Made by a program: the position numbers and the translations under genes
Notes under the pieces: generated by a model
Databases searched by the model: none
Told to the model about the DNA's origin: nothing
Seen by the model: the letters and a program-made list of their open reading frames with translations, nothing else
Part shown: one piece after another, positions 14,456-28,095 of the stretch
Layout of the letters: every line of letters starts with the position of its first letter
How positions within the stretch are numbered: position 1 is the first letter of the stretch
NCBI RefSeq assembly: GCF_009914755.1
Contig: NC_060933.1
Reading direction: 5' to 3' (one strand)
From: the human T2T-CHM13v2.0 reference genome, Homo sapiens
Length of the DNA stretch: 64,000 bases

Positions 14456-15199
14456 TTTAAAAGAGAAACTCAGACAAAATAATTTGTTCGCATTCTTTTT
14501 CTTATGATGACATGGAGTCAGGAGATTCCAATTTTTAGTGACATATAAAATGAGAATTATATGAGAATGACTCTGCTATTAGCTGTCACAACAACTGCGT
14601 TGAGGACCTGGGTATGTACTCTTCTACATTGGAAGCCTTACAGACCAATTCAGAGGACAATGGTCTCCACCCAGCAAGAAGTTACCTAGCACATTTGGTG
14701 GAATATTCATTCACTCATTCATTTCACAGATCAACTGATACTTACTGAGCACCTTAAGCACCATGTCTTTAACAATATATTGAGGATTCAAAAATGAATA
14801 AGACAACCCCTGAATAAACTCTGTTGTCGGCCCTTCCTCTCCTCCACATTTTTGCCCAGTCTTATTGCCCTCTCCTACCAATTTCAAAACAAGAAATTTG
14901 TCAAATTTATGTCAGATGAAATAAGGAAAATCTTGAAGGTTAAAAAAAAATCTCAGGTGTGCATAAAGGCAAGGCAAAGTTCTTATTCATTTTCATATAG
15001 CCCCCTTGCATTTAGCAAAGTACTATGAAGAGAGCTGAAAAATTTGATTGAGCTGGACTTGTGGAGTGAGAAGTGTATAAGGAACTCAGGAAGGATAATA
15101 GCTCCTATAAGCCTTGATGTCTCAATGTGCAAGAGGCAAATAATCTGACTTGTCACACCTACATGAAGATCTGATTATATGAGGGTAGCTTATTCTTCG

Positions 15200-15480
15200 T
15201 CAATAATAGCGGAAACCAACTGTTCTATGTTTATGGGACACTATGTGGATGACACTGTGCTAAGTAAATGCTTTATATGAATTATCTAATTTATTGTTTA
15301 TAATGCTAAGGATTAGACATGACTTTTTTAAATTTTTTTCTGAAATTCCAGAAAACAAACTGAGGCTTAGAGAATTTAAACTGGTTTTGTCAAAGTAGTA
15401 GAGATATAGATATTAGAATAGGGGTCAAAGTAGGGAAATCCAAAGCATTCTAACCCAAAGTGAATGCTTATAACTTCACC
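15200..15480 (-). mobile_element. MIR
   Basis: aaactgaggcttagagaatttaa core. Confidence 0.7.
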
Positions 15481-15882
15481 ACTCCAATAGTTTCCTACCC
15501 TTAGCAGAGCCCAGAGAGAATACATCAAACATATAAATTTTTAAATTAGGAATTAAGCATGGAGGAAGAAAGTCTAGACATATAAGAGTTACCTATACAG
15601 TGTATGCATATATACATTTGTCTGTGTGTGTACACACTGGCATGTGTGTAAGCAGGAAGGAGGGGAAGCTTATAGTGATCTGAAGACAAGTACTACCAAC
15701 ATCTAGTAACATCTGAAGTGAGTAGAGCCAGAAAGAAGTGAGAACAAAGAGCACAGGAATACTACGTACACAAACACCCACTTCATCATTTTCACAATTG
15801 TGCTGAATGCTACCCCTTCAGGAGAGTAAAAGCTGTAGCCAGACTGACATCCAGGCGAAACATCATTTTGAGACTCTCCTGG

Positions 15883-16745
15883 AGCAAAAATAAACGATAC
15901 CATTAAAAAGTAGACAAGGAGCATGAACAGACACTTTTCAAAAGAAGACATACATGCAGCCAACAAGCATATGAAAAAATGCTCAACATCACTGATCACT
16001 AGAGAAATGCAAATCAAAACCACAATGAGATACCATCTCACACCAGTCAGAATAGCTATTATTAAAAAGTAAAAATAACAGATGCTGGTGAGGTTGTGGA
16101 GAAAAGGGAACACTTATACACTGCCAGTGGGACTGTAAATTAGATCACCCATTGCGGAAAGTGGTGTAGTGATTCCTAAAAGAAATTAAAATGAAATTAC
16201 CATTTGACTCGGCAATCCCATTATTGCGTATATACCCAAAACAACGTAAATCATTCTACCATAAAGACACATGCATGCATATGTTTACGGCAGCACTATT
16301 CACAATAGTATAAACATAAATGCCCATCAATGGTAGACTGAATAAAGAAAACATGGTGCATATACACCATGTAATACTATGCAGCTATAAAAAAGAATGA
16401 GATCATGTCCTTTATAGCAATATGGTTGGAGCTGGAGGTCATTATCCTAAGCCAGGTAACACAGGAACAGAAAACCAAATACTGCATGTTCTCACTTATA
16501 AGTAGGAGCTAAGTAACGAGAATACATGGACACGAAGAGGGGAACAACAGAACCCGGGGGCTACCTGAGGGTGGAGGGTGGGAGGAAGAGGGAATCAGAA
16601 AAAAATACCTATTGGGGACTATGCTTATTACCTGGATGATGAAATAATCTGCACACCAAACCCCCATGACACAGTTTACCTATATAGCAAACCTGCACAT
16701 TTACCCCTGAACTGAAAATTAAAGTTATAATAGCATTTAAAAAAA
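15883..16745 (+). mobile_element. L1PA15/16-like 3' end
   Basis: ORF2 C-terminus and 3'UTR gagggtggagggtgggagg...ccccatgacacagtttacc. Confidence 0.9.
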
Positions 16746-17880
16746 CCTGTCTTCAGCATATTCTATCCTTCCTTGCTCCAATTCCCATCTCTCAGATCCC
16801 CTAAGCCCCTGGGAAAGGGCTTAATTCTATCCACACTATTCTAACTTCATAACATAATCCTTATTTCCATAGTCTAAAACTGAGGTCATAAATTACTGAT
16901 TGTGCCTCTTTAAGTCTCACCCTCTTCTCAGTACCACGGAGCATATCACATTACTATGGAAACTAAGGAACCACAGAGAAGTTGGGGGAAAATATCCATT
17001 TTAATGCCAGAATCAAAACAAAGCTACTAATTCCCGTTAAACCCCCTTGGGGTGACAATGGTAATGAAATTATTTCTTAGAGAATTCCTTAGGAAAGAGC
17101 AAGTCACAAAAATTCAAATGGTAGTCTTCAGTTCTCTCTGTGGAAACTGAGTGGCCACTGTTCAGTATGTAAGGATCCTCATTTGTCACAAAGTTGGCAG
17201 AAGGTGCCAATCAAAGACCTTGGTTTTTTCTTTCCATTTTCTAAAATAAAATACAATCGGTAACCCTTAATTAACATTCTTTGTCAATGTCTTTCCTCAA
17301 TCCTAAGGGTAAAGCTATAAGCTTCTCAACTCCCCTAAGCACTGTTAAGGCAACGTGTACCAAGTTGGAAAGTAACTCTTTGTTTGGATGTAATAAATTG
17401 CACATTAAATAATGATCAAAATGCTTATTAAAGTCTACATAAGAAATAACAAGCAATATCAATTGCATAGCTCTTAACCTTCAGTAATTATGTCATTTGT
17501 AATCAATTGCCTTTTTCATTAGTCATATTATATTCTGGAGCTGGTTTCTATTACCTAATTGTTTATCTTCAATAAATATGTTTTAATAAGCGATTGTGTT
17601 TATACTCCATGAAATAACAGTCTTAATTAATCTATGTTGAATACTCATTTGGGAACTTAAATTCAAAGACCTGCCAAACATTCTAAAAGCATGATTCATA
17701 TCAAGATGAATAATAAAAGTTATACAATGTGCTAAAAAATACATATTTCAGTGACTCCATTTTACAGGAAGGCTGTGTAGAAGCTATTTTTTTTCTAATC
17801 TTGTGATATTTTAGAGAAGAAAGGTACATTTCCTAAGACTTTATGACAACATCCCTGAAGGTTTCCTATATGCTACTTAC

Positions 17881-17893
17881 CAGGGCTGTATCA
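17881..17893 (-). pseudogene. Candidate 13-nt microexon remnant
   Basis: ggctcttgttttag|TGATACAGCCCTG|GTAAGT. Confidence 0.4.
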
Positions 17894-19019
17894 CTAAAAC
17901 AAGAGCCCTTTTTTTTATTATTTTTGGTTTTTCTACAACCAAACTAGACAAAGATACTTTACAATAGCACAAAAAGAAGACGGCTTTTACCATATGATAG
18001 TTTTGGACAGCAGCACTGTAATATAGTTAGAGGTAAAATATCAAATTTCATTTAACAGAGAAATATTAACCAATGGCAAAAGTACATGGTTCATTTTTCA
18101 TTTCTCAAAACTATTAGACTGAATTGTCTGACTAGCAAAATAGATTAATCAGAAAACAGTTTTTTTAGTAACTGGACTGACTTTTCTCAGACCATCCTTA
18201 GATATTGAAAACTAACTCTAAAAGACTAAGAAACTTAAAAGGAACCAAAAATACGTATCTAGTCTTCATTTTTTTCATCAGATAATCAAATCTTTTTTGC
18301 TTCACTCTAAAGAAGCTGAGGACATTATAAGACTAGAAATGTTCTAGAATTACTGAACCAAAAAATAAATGTCAGCGATATTCCCATGGGGAACATACTT
18401 TTAAGTTCATTTAATCATATCATACGTACATTGACCTAGACAAATTACATGCAGTTGATGACAAAATTAGCCTATAGAAGACCTTGAAAAAGTGGATGTA
18501 AATAACCGAGGAGCTTGACATGACTAGAGAAAAGCGTGTCCAAGTGTGAAAACGGGCTATGTCCTAAGTACACTAAGGTCTGGGCAGAGCAGAAGTCCTT
18601 GGGCAGATCTTTCAGCCTTTGGAATCTCATTCTTAAAACATGACATTTCTGAAATCCCTGAGTTCATGGAACCATTGCCTTTCAACACATATTTTTAAAA
18701 TCTCTAGAACCATCAAATAACTTCTAGTGATTTCTGTGAGGTCATGTTAAGGTTAGCATAGAAAAAGGACCACCCACATAGCCAAACCGGCATGTCTCTT
18801 TTCAATTTTCATTGTCAAAAGGACAAAGGAACTGTTTTAATGAAGTGTTTTTCAGTTGTCTTTTGTTTCACATTTTACACAGGAAAAAGGAAAATGTTTC
18901 TTCAGTTCAGGGCATCTGAATCATATTTCCAAGGGGACAGGCATTTTCAGGACAGTAAGTACTAAATTATAAATAACTTTCAATAAATTAAACTGTAGTC
19001 TGGCTTTTTTTTTCTTCCT

Positions 19020-19965
19020 TGGAAACATTTAGCCTTCAGAAGACTTAATTGTTCTTCAAGATAAAATGACAGTTGCTTCTAAAGTATATAAGGCAACTGG
19101 GCATATGTCAGTTATAAAGCAGTGACGAGATAATGTGGCACAACATACTTCAGCGAGAAACTCCACTGAACCAATGAATGCAAATGTATTCTAGCTTTCT
19201 GACTCGTGTCAACTGATCCAACTTGCAAAACTGGATAAGCTCTCTATTAGTGGTTTGAAGACCATAACAATCTTTGTTATAATTCAATGCCATCTTCTCA
19301 CATGTACAGTGAAAGGAACAAATAAGGCAGTTATCCTGATGATCAGGGGCCAGAAAATAAACTGTATCTCAATTGTGTAGATATTTTCGGTGAACATGTT
19401 TAGGCTTTGTATTCATTAGTTAAATTTTTTCTATTTACTTTTCATCACAGATATGGTCCAGAGTTCCACAGAAAGAAGTAAAATGAATGCAACAGTCTGT
19501 ACTTTCATAGTTATACAGAGTCTAATGAATGGAGTTAGATGATATTTATAAAAAAACAAAACTCTGATTTGCCCATCTTTCTCAATTCTACAGGAAAGTG
19601 ATTTTAAGAGACAGTTTTCTCAAGAGTTGATGATTTCCCATATAATCCTGCATTCGAAAAAAATAATAGGACCAAAGAGGGCAGTAATTGAGACAAAGAA
19701 TTAAATCACTTATCTGAAGATTTCTGGAATCAAAGAGGGAAATATTTTTGGACTAGGGCCTTTCTCTTACTCTTAAAATCCTCTCAAATAGCGGCCCCTC
19801 CATAAAATTGGTCATGATTAGATGCTTCTAGGAGTAGAGAAGAGAAGAGAAAAACGAATTTGTTCTCCTCTTCTACAACACAACCAAAACTTACCTCTGT
19901 GTTATTATTTCATAATATGCTCCCAATCAGTTTTTCCCAACTCTGTCATAATTCCCCTTTCATGC
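19020..19965 (-). pseudogene. Three exon remnants (19965-19895; ~19300-19149; 19078-~19020)
   Basis: TELGKTDWEHIMK ending at GAG|GTAAGT; KIVMVFKPLIES; AFIGSVEFLAE|KQLSFYLEEQLSLLKAK in frame across a 70-nt GT-AG intron. Confidence 0.7.
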
Positions 19966-20859
19966 CTATAACTCAACTCAACTTATTATAATAAGAGAGG
20001 AATCTTTATATATATATATATACTCAAATTTAAAAATGCTTTTAGATATAGGCTTAGCTGCTTACTTACAAAAAAGAGTAGGAAGCATGAAGTAGCAGCA
20101 TACAAAATCAAAGAGGTGGTCAACTGGGAAACACACACCAAAATAGAAGAAATATAGCAAAGCCAGCCGCTCCAGCATTTCAGCAAGACCCCACTCCCTG
20201 TATCCTGGGTTATAACTCTTCCTGAGTATTGCTGGCCTTTCTTATAAGGGTGATTGGAACAAGGAACCTAGCTGTATTCATCTTCTTACCTCTACAGCAG
20301 CATTTAAGTTCCAAGACTAGAAACTTAATATTTGATGAATGAATGAACAAAGGAGTGAATAGAATGGCAAATAACATGAAAGAAGATAGCAGGAGAGTTA
20401 GAACAGGAGAGGACAAGACGACGACAAAAGTTTCCGTTGTTTCCACCAAGAGCAACACAACTTTGCCTGAGAGCCTGAGCAAGTTTTCTTCACACCTGGC
20501 CATCATACAGTGTTTTTACAGACAAAAGATCAGCACTGCTTCCCTCTGTTTTCTTCCCCTGCTTCCCTCCCTTTCTTTTCAAACTAGGAAAGTTTGTATA
20601 AGTATGTTACTGCACAGACCACTGGGCAAATGGCCAACTGTCCTCTGGGGAAAAGCCAAACCTGATTCTCATTTTAAAGCGATACTGACTTTTATGGCCC
20701 GAGATTACTGTAATCAGAGAATATACATTGAGCTTGAACTCTCTCAGACATGTCCAAATCTTTACACTATAGAAGGTAGATCTTTCCAGTCTGAAATTTT
20801 TAAGTCAATATAATCATATGAACCCTGTTGTCAATATATGAAAAATAAAGAGATGTTCA

Positions 20860-21460
20860 CCACGGGACCTTCATCTGCAAAGTCTTCTCTGACTTCCCTC
20901 AACTAGATTATAATCCTTCCTTCTTCTTAAGTCCAGTAGCACTTTAACTACATTCTCTTATAGCTTGCCACTTTCTACTTGGTGTTGTTATGCGGATGCA
21001 TGTCTAATCAACTCAACTAGAGTCATGCTACTTGAGGGCAATAGCCCCTGCAAAAGCTTGAGAGTGCTTTATTCTTGTCTATAGAAGGCCCTCATAATTT
21101 TTGTTTATTTATATATAAGTAAATCTATTCTGATTGTAGTTCAGTTAAACCATTGATCAAAAGAACCCCTACCAATATCTTATATCCTAACATGTTTTGA
21201 GTTAACCATAATAGTTAACTCTCCTCGAGGGCTCATTTTATGCCCAGTGATACACTAAGTGCTTCTTTATTTCCATTTTTCCATGTTAACCCTCACTGGA
21301 ACTCTCTTAGGTAGTCTTATCCCCTTTACAATTGAGGCAGCTGAAGTTTAAAGAATGAATTAACTTGCCCAAGCTCACCCTACTAGGGAATTGGCAAAAC
21401 TGGGATTGAACCCAGGACGTTTGTTTCCAAATTCCACATTCACGGCTATTGTATAATCCT
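20860..21460. mobile_element. L2 fragment (+) followed by MIR (-)
   Basis: L2 3' motif ctagagtcatgctacttgagggca; MIR core ttgcccaagctcacc...gggattgaacccagg. Confidence 0.65.
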
Positions 21461-21572
21461 ACTTCCTCGTCAGCTGAGTAAGGCCTTCCGGTCCTTATTC
21501 CAAAAATCATTTCTTAGAAGAAAACTAGGCTCAACAGGCAGCCAGATGCAGCTGTCAGAAAAAGCAAGATAC

Positions 21573-21640
21573 TTCCTCACAAAAAGAAACACATTCTTCC
21601 AGGGCTTTAAATGCTGCCTCGCACCAGAAGTCCCAGTACC
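21573..21640 (-). pseudogene. Exon remnant
   Basis: Branch ctgacttac plus ccctcccttcaag|; EAAFKALEECVSF; donor GAA|GTATCT. Confidence 0.55.
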
Positions 21641-22146
21641 CTTGAAGGGAGGGTGACAGTAAGTCAGGCTTAAACCCAGGGTGACCTGGAAGCCCAGATA
21701 AACTGCAAGCTCCTGTGATACCCGAAAGGCTATTGTGTTGGCAATTTATCATCTAGGAAGCCGAGTTTTTGTTTTTGCACAGGAAATGCACTTCAAAGCT
21801 CCTGCTCTAACTGAAATACATCTTTCATAACTTAATTTACCCAGATTTATTTTTCATGAGCCATGTACTTTTTTTCAGAGAGATTTTTTTTTAACATTTC
21901 CTTATATGTAATTTTCTTAAATATTCAAGGCCTTGAGCTATTGTGTAGAAAAAAATTATGCTTAAGAGAGGTTAGAGTCTACATTTAGGCTCACAGTTAA
22001 CATCGAAACACAACAGGTATGAATTATTACCCAATCTTTCAGGCTCTAACGTGTCTTCTTGCTTAATTGGAGCAATAAGTCCTAGGATTCACTGGGGATT
22101 TTTTCCTGATTGACGTCACCCGTCATTCTTGAAGCAAGATACTTAC

Positions 22147-22627
22147 AAAGAGATCCTCAAAACAATGGAATATTTATTCATGTGCACTAACATATCCCCA
22201 GGTGTCAGGAAATCTGCAGCCCTGGGAATGAATCTTCTTTGTCCCAAAAAATGCCCTGTGGGCTGTGTTACTTTCTTGCTTTTTATTCAAAGCTTCGAAT
22301 GAATGAAATGTTGGTGAAATTTTGAGGAGGTTCAGATTTGTTTTGGTACAGTGGGATGTGGCTTTTTTTTTTTTCTTTTTGCCTTTGCTCTCTCTTCCAG
22401 GGAATACCTGAGACTCTCTGGCCTTATCAGTGTCAAAAATTACTTTCTTAAAAAATCTTTTTTGGACTCAAGCCAGAGTTGCCTTTTAAGCATTTGAGGG
22501 GTGAGAGGTTTTGTTCCCTGTTAAAGGCCTTTTGAGCACTGCTGAGCACGTGGAGTAAGACTTTGGGGTTTGGGATTCCTTGGTAGAATCTCCAAAAGAA
22601 CATTACCCAGGAAGCAACACAGTCACC
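22147..22627 (-). pseudogene. Large exon remnant (or two exons)
   Basis: gttcttgtctcatgcccag|; VASWVMFFWRF, VLSSAQKAFN, FEALNKK...HRAFF, DFLTPGDMLVHMNKYSIVL; donor TTT|GTAAGT. Confidence 0.75.
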
Positions 22628-22694
22628 CTGGGCATGAGACAAGAACAGGAACAGCACAGACATCATCAAAAAAAATTCTTTTTGCATAATAAAT

Positions 22695-22880
22695 TGAATA
22701 ATAAGATAATTTTGAATATTTACTATGTGTCAGTCACTGTTCCAGGGCCTTAGTTGTGTTACCATGTTCAATCCCAGTAATAACGCTCTGAGAGGAGGAC
22801 TCTTCTTACTCTCATTTTACAGATGATTTAAGTAATCACCCAAGGTTACACAAGTAGCAACTGCTGGAGCGAGGATTACA
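22695..22880 (-). mobile_element. MIR
   Basis: ctcattttacagatg...cccaaggttacacaag. Confidence 0.7.
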
Positions 22881-23122
22881 AAACAAAAGTAGAGGAGATG
22901 CCATGTTAGAAGTATTATCTGTTTGATCCCTTTCATTCACTGTTAAATTGACTCACGGAAGGAGGAAGGAAATACATGAAGTGTAACATGAAGCTTTCTC
23001 AGTTACTTATCCACCATTTTGTCTTCTCTTTAAAATGTAAAAATAGACTCTCTTGCCTGCTCCCTCACCAAGCCCCACTTAAGTCTAGAATGTCTTGGGT
23101 AAGTTTTATTGAGGTGATTTAC

Positions 23123-23290
23123 ATTTTGTTTTTAGGAAGACCAGAAATTGTCCACTGCCAAGACATAATGAGAGGTTGTATTTGCCTAGAATCTTCCTTG
23201 ATGAGGTGCAAAGGTAATTGTCAGATAGCACTAACTGGCTCTTTGATATCAGTTTAGGAAGTGCTGCACAATGTTGTTCCATTCCTTTTG
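23123..23290 (-). pseudogene. Exon remnant (168 nt)
   Basis: ttttcatcatcctccacag|; QKEWNNIVQHFLN/D and SRKILGKYNLSL...QFLVFLK; donor AAT|GTAAAT. Confidence 0.7.
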
Positions 23291-23393
23291 CTGTGGAGGA
23301 TGATGAAAAGTTGAGATCTAGAAGGGTACTTTTTGGAAGATTGGCCAACTACTTGCTCACTTTTTTCAAAAACAAATAATCCATTAGCAAGCA

Positions 23394-23688
23394 CAGTAGT
23401 CCCCCTTATCCACGATTTCAACTACCTGTGTTCAACTGCAGTCCAAAAATAGGTGAGTACAGCGCAATATTTTCAGAGAGACCATATTCATATAACCTTT
23501 ATTAAAGTATATTGTTATATTTATTATTATTGTTGTGAATCTCTTACTGTGCCTAATGTGTAAATTAAACTTCATCATAGGTATGTATATAGGAAAAACA
23601 CATAGTATATAGTCAGGTATTATGTACAATTTCAGACGTCTACTGGGGGTCTTGGAACACATCCCCTGCTGATAAGGGGGTACTACTG
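23394..23688 (+). mobile_element. MER44-type (Tigger) MITE
   Basis: TIRs cagtagtcccccttatc and gataagggggtactactg, followed by TA. Confidence 0.9.
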
Positions 23689-23732
23689 TATACTTGGAAT
23701 CCTTGTAAGTCCAAAGTCCAGTGCTAGGCTTT

Positions 23733-24155
23733 AGGAGGGAAAGAGGAAAAAAATCGAAAAAGACAGAAAGGAAGAAAGGAGGGCAGGGGGAGAGAAGGAG
23801 AGGAGAGGAGGAGAGAAAGAGAAAGAGAGAAAGAAAGAGTAAGAGAGAGAGAAAGACATAGAGAAAGAGAGAAAGAGGGAGAGAGAGAAAGAGAGGGAGA
23901 GAGAAAAAGAGAGAAGAGAGAAAAAGAGAAAGAAAGAGTAAGAGAGAGAAAGACATAGAGAAAGAGAGAAAGAGGGAGAGAGAGAGAGAAAAAAAGAGAA
24001 GGAGAGAAAGAGAGAGAGAGAGAAAGAGAGAAAAAGAAAAATAGACAAAGAGAGAGAGAAAGAAAAGAAGGAAAGGAAAGGAAAAAGAAAAAGGAAAAAG
24101 GGAAATGGAAAAGGAAAAGGGCAGAGTGGAGAGAAGGGAGCAGAGAAAAGAAAAA
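23733..24155 (+). repeat. About 420-bp GA-rich polypurine tract with an internal ~60-bp repeat
   Basis: Almost pure A/G; the unit aaagagtaagagagag...gacatagagaaagagagaaagaggg occurs twice. Confidence 0.95.
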
Positions 24156-24498
24156 CTCTTTAGAAACATCCACAAGAATCTGAAATACCTTTTCAGCTCA
24201 TTACTGCTCCCCCCTCATTGAAAGTAATTCCAAAGAAATCCTTCATTAGGCCTATAAATTCCCTTGTGATTGGATACATTTTGCATATTTGTTTGGCCTG
24301 TTATCAATGAATATAGATAGAAAACAGAAGACAACAGATGCAGTCAGCATTTAATCTTTAAAAATCACTTTATGTTCTCCAGAACCTTGTGCATTTGTTA
24401 AATAATCCCAGGCTGCCTTGAAAATCCTGTTTAGTAAACTTTTATAAAGTCTTTCAATATGTTTCTTAGTCATCTTGTTAACATACAATGGCTCTTGC

Positions 24499-24575
24499 CT
24501 TTGGTGGGCATTTTCAGAATTGACCCAAATTGTATCTCAGGGAATTCATCTGAGGAGTAAAGGACAAGTTATCTC
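24499..24575 (-). pseudogene. Exon remnant with GC donor
   Basis: ttctttctccttgtatag| ... AAG|GCAAGA; LYSSDEF then, after a frameshift, DTIW. Confidence 0.55.
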
Positions 24576-24792
24576 CTATACAAGGAGAAAGAATGCAATT
24601 AGAAAATCAAAAATTATCTTGTGTTCTTTGGCCTTGTGTCAAAAAGTATTTTTAAATTTATATTCCCTTTCTGGAAAATTTTAAAGTTCAGTTTTTAAAT
24701 AATACTTTTATCTGTCAAAGGAGGTCTAAAAAATGAGACTGAGAGACTTCATATAGATCATCCAGTAGCATAAAACTTGGATTTTATCAAGA

Positions 24793-24927
24793 GGGATTTT
24801 ACCAATATGTTCATATTTTCCCAAGACAGTCACAGTTTATGTCTATGGTCCTGGCATAATTATTTATGTCACCTCCTTTCGCTCCCTAAAATGTCCCAAC
24901 TTGGATGATGAATTTCATGGTTACCTA
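24793..24927 (+). mobile_element. MER94-like hAT-Blackjack MITE
   Basis: gacagtcacagtttatg...aaatgtcccaacttggatgatgaatttcatggttaccta. Confidence 0.75.
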
Positions 24928-24959
24928 AATTTTATATTGGAATATATGCATACAGCAAA

Positions 24960-25170
24960 CATACTGTAGTAGAAAATATGAGTGCCTTGGACTATGGTAT
25001 TAGTTAAATGATCTTACACAAGTTATTACCACTTTTAGCCTCAGTGTCCACATTATAAACTGGGAAATATAATCATCCCTTAAAGGGTTGAATGAGGATC
25101 CAAAAAGACAAGGTCTATGAAAGTGCTTTATAGACTGTAAAGCTCTCACAACTGTTGGCAATCTTTATTA
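24960..25170 (+). mobile_element. MIR
   Basis: gcctcagtgtccacattataaactggg...gggttgaatgagga. Confidence 0.65.
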
Positions 25171-25536
25171 TTCTAATTCAGTTTTCAATAAATTATGCGG
25201 AAGAAAGGACCAGGAAACTACAAAAGCTGCACATCTGAGGAAGTAAGACTTTGTAAGAAAGAGCTGAATTTGTCTTCAGACTGGACAAGAAAAAAAACCT
25301 TTATGTTCAACTTCTAGGTCACCAATCTGGCCATTCAGAGATTAACAAACATTAATAAATGTATAAAAAATTGTGTTGAATGTTGTACAGGCTACCAATT
25401 TACTATTTTATTGTTTATCAATAAACAATTTACAATATCTTTATTCTTAAGAGTGTGAAAGAACAGATTAGAAGTGAGTGATGAGTAGTGAAGAGACTTT
25501 TCCAAGATTACATCTCTAAAAGAAGTAGAGTTGTAC

Positions 25537-26068
25537 CTTGATCCTCTGCTAAATAAATATCTGAAGTGAGCTCGTTTGTCCAAACCACGTTTCTATAATG
25601 TGCTAACGTTTAATTTCCTGATTTTTCCTGTATTTAGAGACCTAAATTACTGGCACATTTTGATTAATCTGAAAGAATAAAGTGAAGGAGATCTCATAAC
25701 TACCCTTTTAGGTACCTGAACTAGGTCACATTTTGATAACAAATTTAATCAATGGTGCTGTTTGGGGTACTTTACAGAACCATATAATAACACATTTCTA
25801 TCGCTTCTCAACTGCCTCAAAGACTTAACAGTATGTTATGTTTTTGCTACTGGCCATAAAAGCTGATTTCACTATAGTTCATGATATAAGCCCATCGATT
25901 TAATTTAGCATTAGGAAAACAGTGTGTCAGTGTTTCTTCACCAGTTCAAACAGGTTAACAAATATGTGGCTTGTCAGTTTTCTGAGAAGGTTGCGTATTT
26001 TTTTTGCAATCCAGCACCACAGGTCATTGTGATTCTCTTTTTAACCAATCGGTGCTTTTAGAGAACCT
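25537..26068 (-). pseudogene. Two exon remnants (26068-~25716; 25668-25537)
   Basis: LVKKRITM...; cactttattctttcag| LIKMCQ*FRSLNTGKI, QEIKR*HIIETW, AHFRYLFSR; donor AAG|GTACAA. Confidence 0.7.
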
Positions 26069-27234
26069 CTCAGCAACAAGTAAACCAAAGTAATAAGGGT
26101 TTAACTTGCATTATTTTGGTCAGCAGGCCAAACTTAAGCCAACTATCAAACTTGTTTTAAAAATAAAAAGCAAACAAAACAAACCAAAAAAAAAAATAAG
26201 ATCATGAAGAGTATCCTTTCCAAACTTTTAAGATTATTTATTTTGAACCCTAAAGGGTTTTTGTTGTTATTTTATTTTGACTATAAATTCTTTCTGCTCA
26301 AGAACAGAGTAGTAAATTTGGCTCACTGTCCCAGAAAAGGGGAGAATTTCTGGCAGTGAATCATTATAACAACACAATTTTTCCAGCTCATGCCTACCCA
26401 TTCTCTAGATTAGAGTGACATTTGTTTGTAAAGCAAATCTAGGTTCCTTTTAATGAGAGGTGGTAATGCTCCATGATAAATAATCAGCTTAAGGATTAAC
26501 CCTCTAAGCAAGTGGCTTATGGTGAGTCAACTGCCAGCCTAGAAATAGATGAGAATCTTAACATTTATATTTAGTGATTTCTTCTGTCATTATTGTGTTG
26601 ACAGGAGTTATAAAGTGGAAAAGACACACAAATATAGATTCTAGAGACCTAAACCATTAGTGCTAGTGGGAATAATCCTAGACTCCCTCTGAAAGGCCAG
26701 ATCTTTCAAAATCTGACCCCATCCACATGTGAAACTCTACCGAACTCACCTCCACTGACACAAATTTGTCATTCTTCCTTGAGCACAACCTGCTTTTTCA
26801 CATCTTGGCTCCTTTATACATTTATTCTTCAATACCTTGAATTATTTGTCTGCCTAGAATATTCCTACAAAAACGGCTAAGTGTAAATATCATCCTCTCT
26901 ACAAACCCTTCTCTGATTTCTCTACTTCCAGAGGTAATTAATCACTTCATCTGTAATATTAATTTATGGTAGCCCTTATCACTTTGCAAAAAACACAGAA
27001 TCTATCTATAAGTTAATCTCCTTTTCTAGACTATGGGATTTTTGAATCCAAAGATATCATTTTAATAATCTGTATTTCCATAGCATAGCAAAAATTTTGG
27101 TACATAGCCGGAAAACAAATATTTGCCAAATTAGGAAAGTCATGATTTGTATCATGTGGTAGCATAGTACATAAAGCACTGGACATGAGATCAGAAGACT
27201 TGGGTTACTTTACTCTTTGCCACTTATAAGTTTT

Positions 27235-28095
27235 ATGAACACAAGAAAACAACTTTATGCCAATAAATTTGACAACTTAGATAAAATTTAAATTTTTTTA
27301 TAAGAATTACAATACTCCAGAACTGATGGAAGAAGAAATAGGGGGAAATTACATATTTATATATTCATATATATGAAAAGACATCTCTAGTAAGAAAATT
27401 GAATGAGTAAATTTTTTAATCCCACGAAGGAAATTTCAATGTTTTGCCAGTGAATTGTATCAAACATTTGAGGAAAAAATACCAATCTTACACAAACTTT
27501 TTCAGATAATAAAGTTGTTTAGAACACTTCCTAACTCATTTTATTGCCCATAATATTACCCTGATACTAAAACCTAACTAATACATTATAAGAAGAAAAT
27601 ACTAAAGACCAAGGGGATATACACAAAATTCTTTAACAAAGTATTAGGACACCAAACACAACAATATATAAAAAGGATAACACATTATTCCCAAGTGGAG
27701 TTTGTCCCGGGAATGCAAGGTTAGTTTAACACTAAAAAAATCAACTGATATGATGCATGATATTAATAAACCAAAGGGGCAAAAGTATATGAGCACTCAA
27801 TAGATATACAAAAAGCATTCAACAGAATTCAACAGCCATTTGAGATTTTTTTTAAGAACTCTCGGAAAACTAGAAATAGAAAACAGCTTTCTCAATCTGA
27901 GCAGATCATTTAGAAAAATCTACAGCTAGTATAACTAATGATACAATATTTAAAAATGTTTTTCTAAGATTGAGAAAAAGGCAAAAAAGTCTCCTCTAAC
28001 TGCTTCCATTCAACTCTGTACTTGGTGTGCTGGCAAGTCTAATGAGGCAAGGAAAAGAATTAAAAGACAAAGCTTGGAAAGAAGTAAAACTTTCT
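27235..28095 (+). mobile_element. Old L1M ORF2 fragment inserted in a MIR, preceded by L2 (~26700-27130)
   Basis: aactttatgccaataaatttgacaacttaga...ggaatgcaaggttagtttaac. Confidence 0.8.

Noticed and set aside
21659-22401. Plus-strand intron (ACA|GTAAGT to a long T tract plus CAG) and a TGACGTCA CRE at 22111
   Set aside because: The donor is the reverse complement of a minus-strand branch site and the T tract is an A-run within the minus-strand remnant. A lone 8-mer is expected about once by chance in 64 kb.
23432-24175. 247-aa, 149-aa and 105-aa minus-strand ORFs
   Set aside because: Translations of the CT/GA low-complexity tract; L/S/F-rich and stop-free because of composition.
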